Positions 49,022 through 59,909 of a DNA stretch of 64,000 nt are shown here, in pieces; position 1 is the first letter of the stretch, and every line of letters begins with the position of its first letter. The DNA lies in IMG/VR virus record IMGVR_UViG_3300030117_005706, positions 1 through 64,000 of that record. One strand, given 5' to 3'. A program made the position numbers and the translations under genes. This DNA comes from a virus. The notes under the pieces are model-generated. The model made no database searches, was not told the DNA's origin, and was given only the letters and a program-made list of their open reading frames with translations.

Positions 49022-50998
49022 TTATTCCTCTGTGTAATTCCATCCGTTCTGTTGCTTCAATCGCTTGACCAATTCCTTGACCAAACTTTGTCGCTCTTGC
49101 ACGTCGCCGCCATCGAGCACTGCTCGGACGACTTCACGCTTGGCTTCGACAACCCTGTCGAAGTGCTCGTCGATGCTGTTCACAACGGATAGGTAAACAG
49201 CGCTGACGCTTTGGCTCTCCTGACCAATGCGATACACACGGTCTTCGGCCTGTTCTTCATCGGTCGGCACCCATTCTCGTTCAAGGAAGAGAACGGTGTC
49301 AGCCGCAGTGAGTGTGATACCTTCTTTCGCAGCCATGGTGTTACAGACGAGTACGTCAATGTCACCGGCTTGGAAGGCTTCGACTCGCAACTGTCGTTCG
49401 TTACTGTTGACATCACCACTGATGGTGGACACAGTGTAGTTCTTACCCATGCCATCGACAATGCCTTTGAGCACGTCACGGTGATGGGTAAAGACAACCA
49501 GTTGCTTGTCGGTCTGTTCCAAGTATTGCTTTATCCAATCAACAGCAAACGGAACTTTGATGCGACCACAGATGTGACGCAGTTCGTTCAGCATGTTGAG
49601 CATGTAGCCTTTGGGTAGTGGTACGCCACGAGCAGCGTGTGAGTCAATGACCTGCCAGTGTTCCTCTTGAGTCAGGTCATACTCTTGGCGTTCTGTCTTA
49701 GTGAGTTCCACTGGAATGAACTGACGAACCTTGTCGGGCAACTCGGTGAGTACCTCAGACTTGAGCCTGCGAATGCACAGGTCTCGTGTCCGTTCATTCA
49801 GTTCCTTGATGTTGCTCGCACCAGTGAAGTCCCATCCGAAGCCGTTGTGCCACGGGTCACAGTAGCGTTGCTTGTAGTCCCACTCAGAAGGGAACTGTTG
49901 CGGACGCAGTGTGTTCAGTGAGTTGAAGAACTCCGATGGTCGGCTTGAGATAGCCGTACCACTGAGTGCAATGACTTTGTCGATTGAGCGAGCCAAGTCA
50001 ATCGTTGCTTCGGTGCGTTTGGCTTTCTTGTTCTTGAGATAGTGAACCTCGTCGATGACCATTATCTTCGCCCACAGTGATTGCAGTGATTGACTTTGTT
50101 TGCCAACAAGGTCGTAGTTGATGATGACAATGTTGGTGTCCTCAATGGCTTGCTTACCAGTGTTGACAACAGACACAGTCTCGTCAGGCATCCAACGCTG
50201 AACTTCTTTGAGCCAGTTGTACTTGACGTTGGATGGTGCGACGATAATCATGGGTCGTTGAGTCGGGTGAAGTGCAGCGTATGCAATCGCTTGGATGGTC
50301 TTGCCAATCCCCATCTCGTCACCAATCAAACAACGTCCGTCGCTCGCCTCAGCGAACGCAACGCCAACCTCTTGGAATGGATAGAGTTCAAGACCGTCGG
50401 GCAACGCCTCCTTGAGTCGTCGTCGCAGGTCGTCGGCATCAACCTCCTTGAGTTCAGTTGCACCACTCATCTCGACACGTTCGATGCTGTCCTCAATCTC
50501 CTGTTGGATTTGTGGACAGTCGATGATTGCCTGAGCCAGTGGTTTGTAAATGTCCTCCAACAATCCATGCAATGTTCTCGCCTGTCCGATTGGGATGGTC
50601 CAACACTTCTTGTCAGGATTGAATCGTCTACCTGAGATGGCTCGCACCGTCAGTCGCACTGAGTCTCGCAAGCCCTCGTCAGGAATATACGGCCAGTGCA
50701 ATTCCAACTGACCACCATTCACTTCCACCCACACATCACTGGGCGAGCGCACATCAGCATCACCCACCAATGCATACAGGGCGGAGCAATCATACCCATG
50801 CCCTACCAGCACTTCACACGCCTTGATGATAGTGCCTCTTGCTTGCTGCACTGACCATGCCTTCTTATCCCCTTCCCACTTCACTTGGGGGAAAGGCAAA
50901 GCACTCTTGAGCGCATCCTTCGCATCAGCATTGTACGCAAAGCGCAAGGCAACGCGTGCACCAAACCTATCACTGTATTGTTCAACCTCAACTTTCAT
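49022..50998 (-). CDS. SNF2-family helicase with two N-terminal HARP-like domains
   Basis: DEMGIGKT, DEVH, LSGT, QAEDRVYRIGQ; N-terminal F/W..Y...W...KxW repeats. Confidence 0.9.
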   Translation of the reverse strand: MKVEVEQYSDRFGARVALRFAYNADAKDALKSALPFPQVKWEGDKKAWSVQQARGTIIKACEVLVGHGYDCSALYALVGDADVRSPSDVWVEVNGGQLELHWPYIPDEGLRDSVRLTVRAISGRRFNPDKKCWTIPIGQARTLHGLLEDIYKPLAQAIIDCPQIQQEIEDSIERVEMSGATELKEVDADDLRRRLKEALPDGLELYPFQEVGVAFAEASDGRCLIGDEMGIGKTIQAIAYAALHPTQRPMIIVAPSNVKYNWLKEVQRWMPDETVSVVNTGKQAIEDTNIVIINYDLVGKQSQSLQSLWAKIMVIDEVHYLKNKKAKRTEATIDLARSIDKVIALSGTAISSRPSEFFNSLNTLRPQQFPSEWDYKQRYCDPWHNGFGWDFTGASNIKELNERTRDLCIRRLKSEVLTELPDKVRQFIPVELTKTERQEYDLTQEEHWQVIDSHAARGVPLPKGYMLNMLNELRHICGRIKVPFAVDWIKQYLEQTDKQLVVFTHHRDVLKGIVDGMGKNYTVSTISGDVNSNERQLRVEAFQAGDIDVLVCNTMAAKEGITLTAADTVLFLEREWVPTDEEQAEDRVYRIGQESQSVSAVYLSVVNSIDEHFDRVVEAKREVVRAVLDGGDVQERQSLVKELVKRLKQQNGWNYTEE

Positions 50999-51619
50999 TC
51001 AATTACCTCGTATCTCTTCGTCTCTTCATCGAAACGGATGAAACCGTACACCAACATCAAGTGCCTCACATCTTTACCGAATGCTTGATTGCATTGATTG
51101 GGCTTGCTCCATTCTTCGACTATCTTGTCTCGGAACTCACGCAGTTGCCTGAGTTCTTTCTGTGCTACTCGTAGTGCTATCATTGTTCCACTCATAGTGT
51201 CACGCCCAGTTGTTCAAGTGCGTTCTCAATCTCGCTGAGTTCATCCTCGATTCGACAAAGCACATCTTCGTACTCCATCTCTCCATGATGCGAACCTTCG
51301 ACACCAACTTGACTGCAATATCCCTCAACCTCCGAGATGTAATGCAGCACATATTCAACTGCGTCTTTCGCACGTTCCAGCGTCTTTATCTTGTCTTTCA
51401 AATCGTCAATGTTCATGTTCATTCCTCCTCATCCCAAACGATGTCGTCGAGCAAGTCGCCGTTGCGATAGTTCTTGAGCATCGCAATCAGGTAGCCCTGC
51501 GTAATGGTGAGTACGCCCAACCTCGATAAGTGTGGATGGTCCTCTTGATGTTCTTGCACCAAGAGATGCACTGAGTTCTCAAAATGTTCTGCGTCAATTA
51601 TTTCGTGTATCATATTCAT
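50995..51619 (-). CDS. Three small genes (50995-51195, 51192-51422, 51419-51619)
   Basis: Coupled ORFs with ATGA overlaps. Confidence 0.55.
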
Positions 51620-52335
51620 TCCTCCTGTGGTGTGTCCTTGAGTGACCACTCTTGGTGTGCATCATTCCAGTGAAAGTACATACCGTTGGACAGTGGCTTG
51701 CTCGTGTCGTAACTGAGATGTTCCTCAAAGTAGTGTTGGATAACATCGTCCGCATCAAGGTAAGTATCTTGATGTGGGTTGAGTTCACGAATGATGAATG
51801 TCTCAATGAACTCAGCATCCTTACAGATGCGTTTGTATGTGAGCGTCGGTGCTCCGACGAAGCAGTCGCTGTATCGCTTGTACCCTGCTTTGCGCCATGT
51901 GTCCTCAGCCACACACTTCATGATGGTGAACTGGAACTCCTCACGTGAGGTGTTGCCCACGTTGCACGACCATTCGTTGTCAGCCATGCGCTGTACGAAG
52001 TCTCGGTCTTTCAACACATCAAAGAGCAGTCGCTCCGATGCTTGAAGTTCCTGTTGCCATTCGGTCAACTCCTCATCTTCGTCAGGTTGGTATCGACCTG
52101 CTGCACATCGGACAAACTTGCAAGCGTGTATGGCTACAGCGAATCGTTCAGTCGCTTCATCCACACCGATGTTGTTGTATCGGTCAGGTGCGTTCTCGAT
52201 GTCAGGATTGATTCGACCAATCCCTGCGGTCATCGCAAGTGCTCCCATCTCCAATGAGTGGAGTAGTTCAATCTCGTTCGGGGCAAAGCCCTTTTCTGTT
52301 GCGTTCTTTATTCCTACCATTAGTGGCATGTTCAT
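51616..52335 (-). CDS. Hypothetical protein (239 aa)
   Basis: Flanked by junction repeats on both sides. Confidence 0.65.
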   Translation of the reverse strand: MNMPLMVGIKNATEKGFAPNEIELLHSLEMGALAMTAGIGRINPDIENAPDRYNNIGVDEATERFAVAIHACKFVRCAAGRYQPDEDEELTEWQQELQASERLLFDVLKDRDFVQRMADNEWSCNVGNTSREEFQFTIMKCVAEDTWRKAGYKRYSDCFVGAPTLTYKRICKDAEFIETFIIRELNPHQDTYLDADDVIQHYFEEHLSYDTSKPLSNGMYFHWNDAHQEWSLKDTPQEE

Positions 52336-52969
52336 TCCTCCTCTGTGTATTCCTGTGCTTCGTATGGGTCAACCGTCTCAGGGTCGTAGGCCTCAGCGTA
52401 CAGACAGACAACCTCCATGCTCGGAGCCTTGCCTGCCAAGATGTTGGCTCGGCACTCATCGCCCTCCTCATCTGAGTTCGGTGGGATGAGTCCGGGCTTG
52501 ATGCCAACGTCCTCGCTGCGTACGAAGTTCCACGAACTGTTCATCCGTAGAACGACAGGCTGGTCAGGATGCCAGCCAGCCAGTTGTGCAATCAACTCTT
52601 TCACGGTCGTGCCGTAGTGGTTCTTCCACTTGTCTTGCGTCTGTTGGTCAACGAACATTTTGTTGTTGTTCGCATCAAAGATACGACGAAGCGTAAACGA
52701 ATTGTACGGTCGCTTGCTGTCTATCTCTCGTTCTTCTTCTGTCATGTCTTGCCAATGTTTTATCTCAATCATTCAATCATCTCCTTTTGTATTTTCTTAA
52801 TGTCCTCAAGTGTGTTTCGCCACATGGCGATGATGTAACCAATCCATTCAACCAGTTCATCCACGTCATCCTCCATCCCGTACTCTTTCAAGTCACGATG
52901 TGTAATCTGTGCGTCACCGTTCCAGTGGTGGTTGTATGCTAATTCATCTAATGCTGCTGGGTCAATCAT
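52332..52969 (-). CDS. Two hypothetical genes (52332-52772, 52769-52969)
   Basis: Coupled through GGAGATGATTGAATGATTGA junctions. Confidence 0.6.
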
Positions 52970-53871
52970 TCAATCATCTCCTTCATCTTGTTGTAAATGT
53001 CGTTCATCACTTCGTGCCAGTCCTTGCTCGCTTGGTACTGTACCTTCGTTGCAGCGACCAAGCGCTCAGCCAAAGCAGGTAACTGCACCACGAGTGTGCC
53101 GTCAATGATGCGAGCGTCGTCCTTAATCTCCCAAATCATTTTTTGGTAGTCAGGCTCATCCATGAGGTCGCCAGCCTTATACTCCTTGTCCAGTTCCCTG
53201 TACTCATAACGGTCAGGGTCATTCACGATGAACCGTGTGCTGTACGACAGGCCAAATGACCATGCACCATGTGAACTGCTTGTGCTGCCACACCGATACG
53301 CATCGAATGTCTTGAGTAGGCACTCACGAATCTTGTCTTTCGACAGCACTCCTTTAGCGTTCTTCTCCTCGTTTTCGACACGTAGCACAATGTTTCCAAG
53401 ATGTTGTCGCTGTACTCGCAATGCCTCTTCGTCCTTGAATGCAGTGCGCTTGTCCCAGTGTGCATCAACGATTGCTTGCCAATTCTCCATCCCTTTACGC
53501 TTGATGTTGAATTGGTTCCACACCACTGTCGATGTGATACCACGGTAGTTGCCTCCGTATCGTCGGTAGAGTGTGTACGGTACGTTGAGTCTTACGTACT
53601 GTACATCACGGCTGTAACCACGTGGGTTCTTCGATGAGAAAGCGTATTGCTTTCGGTGTTCTTCAAGCCAAGCCATGCTTGACTTGATTTCTTCCTCAGT
53701 CATTTGCTCACTAAGTTGTTTCATCGTCGTCTTCGTACGTTCCTCAGGGTCGGGCGTGTAGTACACATAACGACCTTTCAAAATCGTAAGTAGTTTGTTC
53801 ACGTTGGGTGGTACATTCGTCCACCCAATCTTGCTCGTCTGTTCTTTCCATTCTGTCTTTGTTCCTGTCAT
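52966..53871 (-). CDS. Hypothetical protein (301 aa)
   Basis: Long ORF in the early array. Confidence 0.7.
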   Translation of the reverse strand: MTGTKTEWKEQTSKIGWTNVPPNVNKLLTILKGRYVYYTPDPEERTKTTMKQLSEQMTEEEIKSSMAWLEEHRKQYAFSSKNPRGYSRDVQYVRLNVPYTLYRRYGGNYRGITSTVVWNQFNIKRKGMENWQAIVDAHWDKRTAFKDEEALRVQRQHLGNIVLRVENEEKNAKGVLSKDKIRECLLKTFDAYRCGSTSSSHGAWSFGLSYSTRFIVNDPDRYEYRELDKEYKAGDLMDEPDYQKMIWEIKDDARIIDGTLVVQLPALAERLVAATKVQYQASKDWHEVMNDIYNKMKEMIE

Positions 53872-54622
53872 TCAATCATCTCCCAGTACCATTTTGTTTG
53901 TTACCTCTCGGTCACCGAGTACCCAACGGAGTGCGTAGGTTGCACCCTGCAATCCCTTGTAGTTCCTCATGTGATGCGCTCGCTCCTTAGTTGAGAGGTC
54001 TCTGTCGAAGGACGCTTCCTTACGTCGTGCACGTTCATGCTCGACGCGTTCAAGCAGGGCTTCAATCTCAGCCCATGTTCGTTCGTATGTAAATTCAATC
54101 ATAGTCTGTCACCGTTCCAGTCGTACTTCCACAGTCCGAAGTCGCCGTCTTCCCATGCCCAATTGAGATAGTACTCACGCTTGCCTTCGATGAAGGGTGG
54201 TCGTAGTGTGTTCTCGTTGAGCCAGTCCACTGCAAAGTTGGACAGATGTGCCAGTCGGTTGAACTGGTCGTCGGTCAGGTCTATAACCGTAGCCGTGAAG
54301 TCCACGTCAGCCAGTGCCCCCCAATCAGCCAGCATCTCGTGCTCGTGTGCAAGGTTAATCAGTCGCCAAGCATTGTATGCGAATCCGAATGCTCCATCAA
54401 AGTAACATCCGACATCGTCGTCTGTGTACTCAGCGATTCGGCTCGGCTTGTCTTCGTCGTGTTGTAGTTCTATCCATTTCATCTTAACAACTCCTCGTGT
54501 TCTTCCATCTTGCCTAAGAAAATGACGCAGGCAAGGTGTTGGTATTCAAGTGGGCGACTGCCCACTGGGACAGCGATGCCCCATATGTCTTCACCGCAGT
54601 GTGTACATTTGTATGCTGCCAT
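53872..54622 (-). CDS. Three small genes (53872-54102, 54099-54482, 54479-54622)
   Basis: Coupled ORFs; 54479-54622 has CTHC...HLAC. Confidence 0.55.
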
Positions 54623-54623
54623 C

Positions 54624-54986
54624 TCAAAGCCACCTGTGATTGATTGCGTAGCCACCTGCTGAGTCAGGCTCGCCGTTGCGACGACCATGTGGTTCAGGTG
54701 TACCGTCAGGCCAAAGGACTTGACCAAGACTGTAAATGACATGGAAGCCCATGTCCATGCCACAGCCTCCAACCTTGATGGCATAGTATCGGTCACTGTA
54801 CTTCCAGTCCAGTGCCTTCGCCACAAGATAAGTGAAGTCGTAAGGATAGTCGTCTTTGATTTGACGCACCTTGATGAAGCGGGTCATGCCCGACTTCGTG
54901 ACGTGTTCCAGTTGTGTGTAAAGTGTGTCGTTGGGTTTGATTGCTTCTCTTAGTTTCTCTATTGCTTCTTCTCTGTTCATGTTCAT
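54624..54986 (-). CDS. Conserved phage protein of unknown function
   Basis: HVTKSGMTR, VGGCGMDMGFH motif recalled from tailed-phage proteins. Confidence 0.6.
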   Translation of the reverse strand: MNMNREEAIEKLREAIKPNDTLYTQLEHVTKSGMTRFIKVRQIKDDYPYDFTYLVAKALDWKYSDRYYAIKVGGCGMDMGFHVIYSLGQVLWPDGTPEPHGRRNGEPDSAGGYAINHRWL

Positions 54987-55183
54987 TCCTCCTGTAGTTT
55001 GTTGAGCATTTCTACGATGCGTGTTCCCCATCGGTCGTCGCACCATGTGGCGAGTTCAAAGATGAGTTCGTCATCGAATCCGTAGTATTCATCATTCATG
55101 GCGTCGATGAGGTTTGCACCCGTATCACCGTAGCCAATCATGTGCATCATCAAGTCAAACATTGCTTCGCTTACCATTCTCAT
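54983..55183 (-). CDS. Small acidic protein
   Basis: 66 aa; ends QEE in the junction repeat. Confidence 0.55.
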   Translation of the reverse strand: MRMVSEAMFDLMMHMIGYGDTGANLIDAMNDEYYGFDDELIFELATWCDDRWGTRIVEMLNKLQEE

Positions 55184-55248
55184 GCCTCCCAGTATTCTTC
55201 GTAGATGAATTCCTCAGTCTCGATTCTGATTTTCAGTTCGCTCATGTT

Positions 55249-55818
55249 TCATTCCTCTCGCTTGGTAAGGTTCTTGATAACACCGAAGCACTCGTCGAAG
55301 GCTCCGCAAATTCGTTCCATGCGACCATCTAATTCGATGATGGCATCGGCGAGGCTATCGTTGTCGATGACATACTTGTCGTAGTCGAACTCAAAGTTGT
55401 CCAGTGTGTAATCCATAATCTCACTCTCGTTGTTGTCCCACAAGAGTTCAGCAACTTTGCGATGTATGTTTTGTCCGAGCAACTTGTTGAGGAGTGCATC
55501 CTCGATGTTCTCAAATTCGATGCGCTCCTCAAGTTCGTAAGCGATGTCGCTAAGGTCAAGTTCTCCAGCGACGTCGCATGCATCCATGTTGTATGCAACG
55601 TCATGTGCATCAATGTATGTCGACAAGTCGTGGAAGCATATGTTCTCACTAACACGTCCAACCACTTCATGCATGTCGAAGTGTTCGCTCAACTCTTGTG
55701 CAAGGTCAGGCATCTCGCTCAACTTCACCGAGAGTTGGTCGTAGTCAATACCGTCCATCAGGCGGTCGTCAATCTGTGCGTCTACAATTTTCTTAATCCA
55801 TTTTCGTATCATGTTCAT
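55249..55818 (-). CDS. Highly acidic protein with about 9-aa periodic repeats
   Basis: IDAHDVAYN/MDACDVAGE/LDLSDIAYE. Confidence 0.7.
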   Translation of the reverse strand: MNMIRKWIKKIVDAQIDDRLMDGIDYDQLSVKLSEMPDLAQELSEHFDMHEVVGRVSENICFHDLSTYIDAHDVAYNMDACDVAGELDLSDIAYELEERIEFENIEDALLNKLLGQNIHRKVAELLWDNNESEIMDYTLDNFEFDYDKYVIDNDSLADAIIELDGRMERICGAFDECFGVIKNLTKREE

Positions 55819-56255
55819 TCCTCCTCAGTGTAACACTCAGGGAACTGTTCTTGTCGGGTTGCTTCGATGGCATCCCACTTGGATTGCAGTTCATCGCTTG
55901 GGGTCTTGTCGATACTGGCATACATCCACAGCGTACCGTAGCCCGTCAGGTAAAGTTCCATCGTCGGGATAGCCGAGACAAAGTTCCCACTATCAAGCGT
56001 ACGTGGTGCGTCGGCGTTCATTCGGTCCCACGTTCTCTTGATGAGTTCCTTTGCCTTCGTCATGCTGAGTTCAACACACGCAAGGTCACCGCTTGTACAA
56101 ACGGTAATCTTCACGGGGTCTCCTCGTCGCCACTTGGGAACTGATTCGTCGCTCACCCTGTCCTTGTGTAGTTGAACAAGGTAGGTCAGTCGGTTCAGCG
56201 TATCGGCTTTCGTTAGTTCTGTGTATCTGTCTTCGTTTTCTTGTGTCATATTCAT
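55815..56255 (-). CDS. Hypothetical protein
   Basis: MNM start and EEE end, junction-flanked. Confidence 0.65.
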   Translation of the reverse strand: MNMTQENEDRYTELTKADTLNRLTYLVQLHKDRVSDESVPKWRRGDPVKITVCTSGDLACVELSMTKAKELIKRTWDRMNADAPRTLDSGNFVSAIPTMELYLTGYGTLWMYASIDKTPSDELQSKWDAIEATRQEQFPECYTEEE

Positions 56256-56433
56256 TCCTCCATTCGGTTGTCGTTCTCACGCATCACTTCTTCGATGATG
56301 GGTGTTAAGTCAGCACAAGGGTCTCCCCCTCGCATTAGATTTCGTATCATTGCTTTGTCAATTTCTTTTATTGTAGGTTTTCTGTACATCGTCATTCCTC
56401 CTTTGGGTTGTTTCGTTCTTCTCTTTCTTGCTT

Positions 56434-56445
56434 CTTTAAATAGGG
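56434..56445 (-). promoter_or_regulatory. Viral TATA-like promoter CCCTATTTAAAG
   Basis: Third exact copy, upstream of the small gene 56252-56389. Confidence 0.6.
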
Positions 56446-56847
56446 CAATCCATTTTCGTTGTTCTCATGTGTAGTCTTGTTTCTTCTCTCCCAAATAGGA
56501 CACATAGTCCAGTTCCAATTGGGCGAGGATGTGTCGAAATGTTGTCTCATGTTTTCGCATAATTCGCACATACAATTTTCTCTTGATGTCATTGTGATTC
56601 CTCCTGTGTGTCCTCAAGAATGAGGACGAGTTCCATTGTGCCATCAGCAAATGTGATGAGCATGTGTGGCGTTGCTTCTCCGTGTCGTGTCTGTATCATC
56701 TGTTCACCCCATAGCCCAAGCCGACTGGCTTTTCGTGTGTGATTCGACAGTGCTTGCAGGTGTAGTAACTCCAAACATTTGGAGGACTCAACGCTGTTGT
56801 GTATCGATGGCATCGACATTGGTCATCTTCTCCGTGTCGTGTTTGTA

Positions 56848-57360
56848 TCATTCAACCAAACCTCCTGTCACCATGCAGCGATAGGTAGTGCGACCGTAGT
56901 AAGGTAGGTCTTCAATGGCATCCAACAAGTCCATTTGACTGTCGAGCAATCCGTGAATCCTCTCACGCATTTCAGGTATGTCATACATCATAGACCAAAG
57001 CGTATCTAAACGCTCGATGATGGGGCGACGATAGTAACTTCTTTTCAGTATGCTTGTCATTGTCTCACTTCCTTTCCGTTGTCGTGCAAGTGCTTACCGC
57101 ACTCGCCACAGTTCTTGTAGTAACAGATGTAAAAGTGTACGCAGTCCTTGCAGTTCTCAATCATATTGTTTCATCTCCTTTTCTATCTGTGCCCACGGGT
57201 CGTCGAACTCCAAGAAGTATTGTACCCATGAATCAATGTCATCGAGCATCACATCTCTTGGTGTTCCGCCGTGCTGACTGCACATCATGTACAGCATAAC
57301 ACTGGTCAGGAATTGTTTATCTTCAAGTGTATATCCATAAGGGTCAGGCTTGGGTTTCAT
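56848..57360 (-). CDS. Small hypothetical genes (56848-57060, 57157-57360)
   Basis: ORFs in the array orientation. Confidence 0.45.
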
Positions 57361-57364
57361 TGTA

Positions 57365-58087
57365 TCATCTCCATGTTGTGTATGTTCCATCATCGTTAGC
57401 AACGAATGAGGTGTAGCCGTTCTCGCCCATGTGTGTGGCGAGGTCTCGTTGTTCCTGAGCACGCTCAGCCTGCTCTTGTTTGTACTCGTCAGTCTTGGAG
57501 TACTCAAGCCAGCGCTTGTGTTCAGCCTCCTCCTCTTCTACGAGTAGTTGGTAGGGTGTCTTGTCAACAGCATCGAACTTGTCGTGTGTGAAGAAGTCGC
57601 CACTCATGTTGGTAATGATGTGGACAATGTGTTGTCTCTTTCGTGAGTAGTCGTACCATTTGAATCGAATGTCTTGCTTTACTTGTGCGGTTTTAATGTA
57701 CTCAAGGTTCTTGTTGAATCTTGCAAGTGTTGACTCGTGAACTTTGTGAGCGTACTCTTGTTGCTCACCACCATAGTCCGTTGCACGCCAGCCTTTCGTC
57801 GGCATACCGAAGTAGGAGTGTGGCAGGTTGTGGTAAGCCCTCATGAGTGGGTCTAATTCTGTTAGTATCTCGACAGTCATGCAAGCCTCAGCATAGCGAG
57901 GGGACACTTTCCACTCGTCTCCCATGTTGTTCCAGTCGTCAGGAGCCTCATTGTGTAGCATCTCGTTCGCCAACTCCTCTATCGCAGCGGCGATTGATTC
58001 AGTCGTGGTAAATAGAAACCGCTTGATGTCAGCAGGTTCGTCGTAGTCGTATGTTTCTCTCCGTTGTTTGTAAATCATTACTGGCAT
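57365..58087 (-). CDS. Hypothetical protein (240 aa)
   Basis: Long ORF in the early array. Confidence 0.65.
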   Translation of the reverse strand: MPVMIYKQRRETYDYDEPADIKRFLFTTTESIAAAIEELANEMLHNEAPDDWNNMGDEWKVSPRYAEACMTVEILTELDPLMRAYHNLPHSYFGMPTKGWRATDYGGEQQEYAHKVHESTLARFNKNLEYIKTAQVKQDIRFKWYDYSRKRQHIVHIITNMSGDFFTHDKFDAVDKTPYQLLVEEEEAEHKRWLEYSKTDEYKQEQAERAQEQRDLATHMGENGYTSFVANDDGTYTTWR

Positions 58088-58566
58088 TACTGGTTCAACT
58101 CCCGTGCTAAGTCAGCAGCGTTCTCACGCTCGGTGATTGAATCGAGTGTGTCATATATCGATTCATTGACGGCATGCGAGATGTTGTATCGCTCAATGCG
58201 ACGAACCAACTGCTCGACTGTGCTTTCACTCACGTGGTTGCCACACTTTGTGCAAGTAAAGTTGCCTTCGTAGTTGCGAATAAGTTCGACAAGGTTGCCT
58301 TCTTTGTCACGTGTCCACTCAAGTGAATCACGACGGTCGAGAAGTATGTCAAGAGAACGCTCAAGCGTGTCAGGCATTTGCTTGAATCGCTTGTCCATGC
58401 GTGGCCCTTCGTGACCATTACACCATTTGATTGGTTCTTTGAACTGGCGACGAGCCTTGACTCGACGTGAAGGCTGTGGCTCAGTCGGCTCAGGAGCGTC
58501 AGCCCAGTGCCGCCAGTTGGTGTTCGATTGCGTGCTACGTGTTTGTTTGTTCTTGTGTTTTTTCAT
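58087..58566 (-). CDS. Hypothetical protein with Zn ribbon
   Basis: CNGH...CTKCG. Confidence 0.6.
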   Translation of the reverse strand: MKKHKNKQTRSTQSNTNWRHWADAPEPTEPQPSRRVKARRQFKEPIKWCNGHEGPRMDKRFKQMPDTLERSLDILLDRRDSLEWTRDKEGNLVELIRNYEGNFTCTKCGNHVSESTVEQLVRRIERYNISHAVNESIYDTLDSITERENAADLARELNQ

Positions 58567-58568
58567 GT

Positions 58569-59909
58569 TTATTTCTCCATTGATATTGTGAATGCGATTG
58601 ACTTCTGTATCTCAGTCAGTTTTACTGCCTTGAAAGCGAGTTCTGATTGCTCGTCTTTGAACGATAGTTTACCCCACATCTCTTCAAATGTGTACAGGAA
58701 CTGAACTATGTTCTCCGTGATTTGTTCGGTTGAGAATGGTTCGTGTGATGATAAGAATGGGTCGGGGTCAAGTATTGGTGTCATGTTTATTCCTCCTCTT
58801 GTATTTGTGTGAGTAAGTGTTTGATTACTTGGATGTCTTCTTCCATCATGGCTTTGACTTGTGTGAGTTGTTCGCCTGTAAAGTTCCAAAGCAACGCTCG
58901 TGCATACCCTGCGTGAACAGGGCCGTTTTCGTATGTCCTGTCGGGGATGATGCTTTCGATGCCGTCGTCTATTGCTGGCTTGACTGTCGGGTGGGTTCGT
59001 GGTATCGGACGCTTGCCTACCCAGTTGTTGCGTGCTATCTTACCGATGAGTGTGTATGCATCGATGCGTCTAAATGGTTTGTCAGTCATTGGCGATGCCT
59101 CCTGTTGCGGTAGTTGTTGTATTCATCCACCATGTGGTCGATGGTTGTAGGAGTAGCGTGGCCTTCTTCATCAGCCAGTTCGCATCCGATGTGGTCAAGG
59201 GCATCGAGAATCACGAAGCCCCACCAGTCATCACTAACATCCTCACGGAAGGGTAACCGTGCTTTGAGTAGGCAGAATGCAGTACGTGCGTAGTTCTTGG
59301 CAGGTTCAAAGGGAAGAAAGGGCGGTGACTTCACAAGTTCATGGAGCAGTGTCATCATCTTCCGACGCTGTGTTTCCATGAGCACTGGGTCACGCTCACG
59401 TCGATGTTTGTTCAGCAGGCTGTAGGCTTCGTCTGTGGTTTCAGGGTATAGGTTTGGCATGGTTATTCCTCTCCAAGTGATTCAAGGTATTCCTTGTACG
59501 AGTCGTGTGGATGGTCAAGGCCCAAGACATTTCGTAGGCTCTTTTGCTGTAGCCAGTCACGTTTGCGCTGGAGTTCTTTGTATTTGGCACGGACTTCCTT
59601 GTACACACGGTGAAACATGTTGCGTAGTTGTTGTTCAGCAGTCGGTTCGTCTGAGGGAAACAGGGAGCCGAGTGATTCTTCTTGAAGGCTGATGTCATTG
59701 ACCTCGCACCACACGTAGTAGCAGTCAACGACAGACGGTTGGTTGGACTGTGGTGTCTTGCCCATGCATTGTTTGACAATCACTTCACACAGGTATTGTG
59801 TTTTGTCACCTGCTGAGATGCCACCGACTCGTGTGGCGAGATGTTTGTAGATGCTCAGGCGGCGTTCTCTTGTGCGTTCGTCTTCTTCTTGGGCTGTGTT
59901 TGGTATCAT
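58569..59909 (-). CDS. Four early genes (58569-58784, 58787-59089, 59086-59460, 59463-59909)
   Basis: Coupled ORFs with junction-repeat variants. Confidence 0.6.
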
